Part shown: positions 63,908 through 64,000 of the stretch, piece by piece
How positions within the stretch are numbered: position 1 is the stretch's first letter
Layout of the letters: every line of letters starts with the position of its first letter
Source of the DNA: an uncultured delta proteobacterium
GTDB lineage: Bacteria > Myxococcota > Myxococcia > Myxococcales > Anaeromyxobacteraceae
NCBI GenBank assembly: GCA_963845515.1
Contig: CAWJSR010000026.1
Span: forward strand, 32,001 to 96,000
Direction: 5' to 3'
DNA length: 64,000 nt
Notes under the pieces: model-generated
What the model saw: the letters and a program-made list of their open reading frames with translations, nothing else
Databases searched by the model: none
Told to the model about the DNA's origin: nothing
Translations under genes and position numbers: made by a program

Positions 63908-64000
63908 GTCCGGGGCGGAGCGCGGCCAGGAACGCCTCACGGGCTGCCACGGGTCCTCCTGTAGAGCTCTCGGAAGCTCTCGGCCGGTGGCGGCGGCAGG

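Overview
GC-rich (roughly 70-75% by eye) chromosomal segment from a myxobacterium, most like Anaeromyxobacter (Myxococcota). The assignment rests on the mglBA polarity locus and other myxobacterial signalling genes. Core content: a TPR gene cut by the window start, mglA/mglB, and the recR-ybaB-dnaX-ffs(SRP RNA)-tRNA-Ser(GGA)-tRNA-Ser(CGA)-tadA superoperon. Also truD, a PP2C phosphatase, J-domain and receiver/DUF4388 proteins, tsaD, rsmA, a deoxynucleoside kinase, panB, panC, smpB, GTP-PEPCK, an S1-domain protein, a eukaryotic-type citrate synthase and pncB. The most interesting accessory element is a six-gene operon (8352-14637) with its own sigma70-like promoter. It encodes three roadblock/MglB-like domains, a DUF4388/TPR scaffold, a Ser/Thr kinase with what looks like a hollowed-out ExeA-type ATPase remnant, an output-less TM-sensor-TM-HAMP receptor, and a secreted copy of the same sensor domain. 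It has no GTPase of its own and lies about 5 kb from mglBA. Other notable items: an AioX-like binding protein plus orphan histidine kinase; three tandem DUF294 nucleotidyltransferases plus a DEDDh exonuclease; a large Ig/beta-helix surface lipoprotein with hypervariable loops; and a family of ~40-bp palindromic repeats that supply gene C-termini. Six genes are frameshifted; five of these are single-base insertions, probably assembly errors. I saw no CRISPR array, rRNA, transposase, integrase or reverse transcriptase. All calls come from reading motifs and recalling families; no database searches were run.
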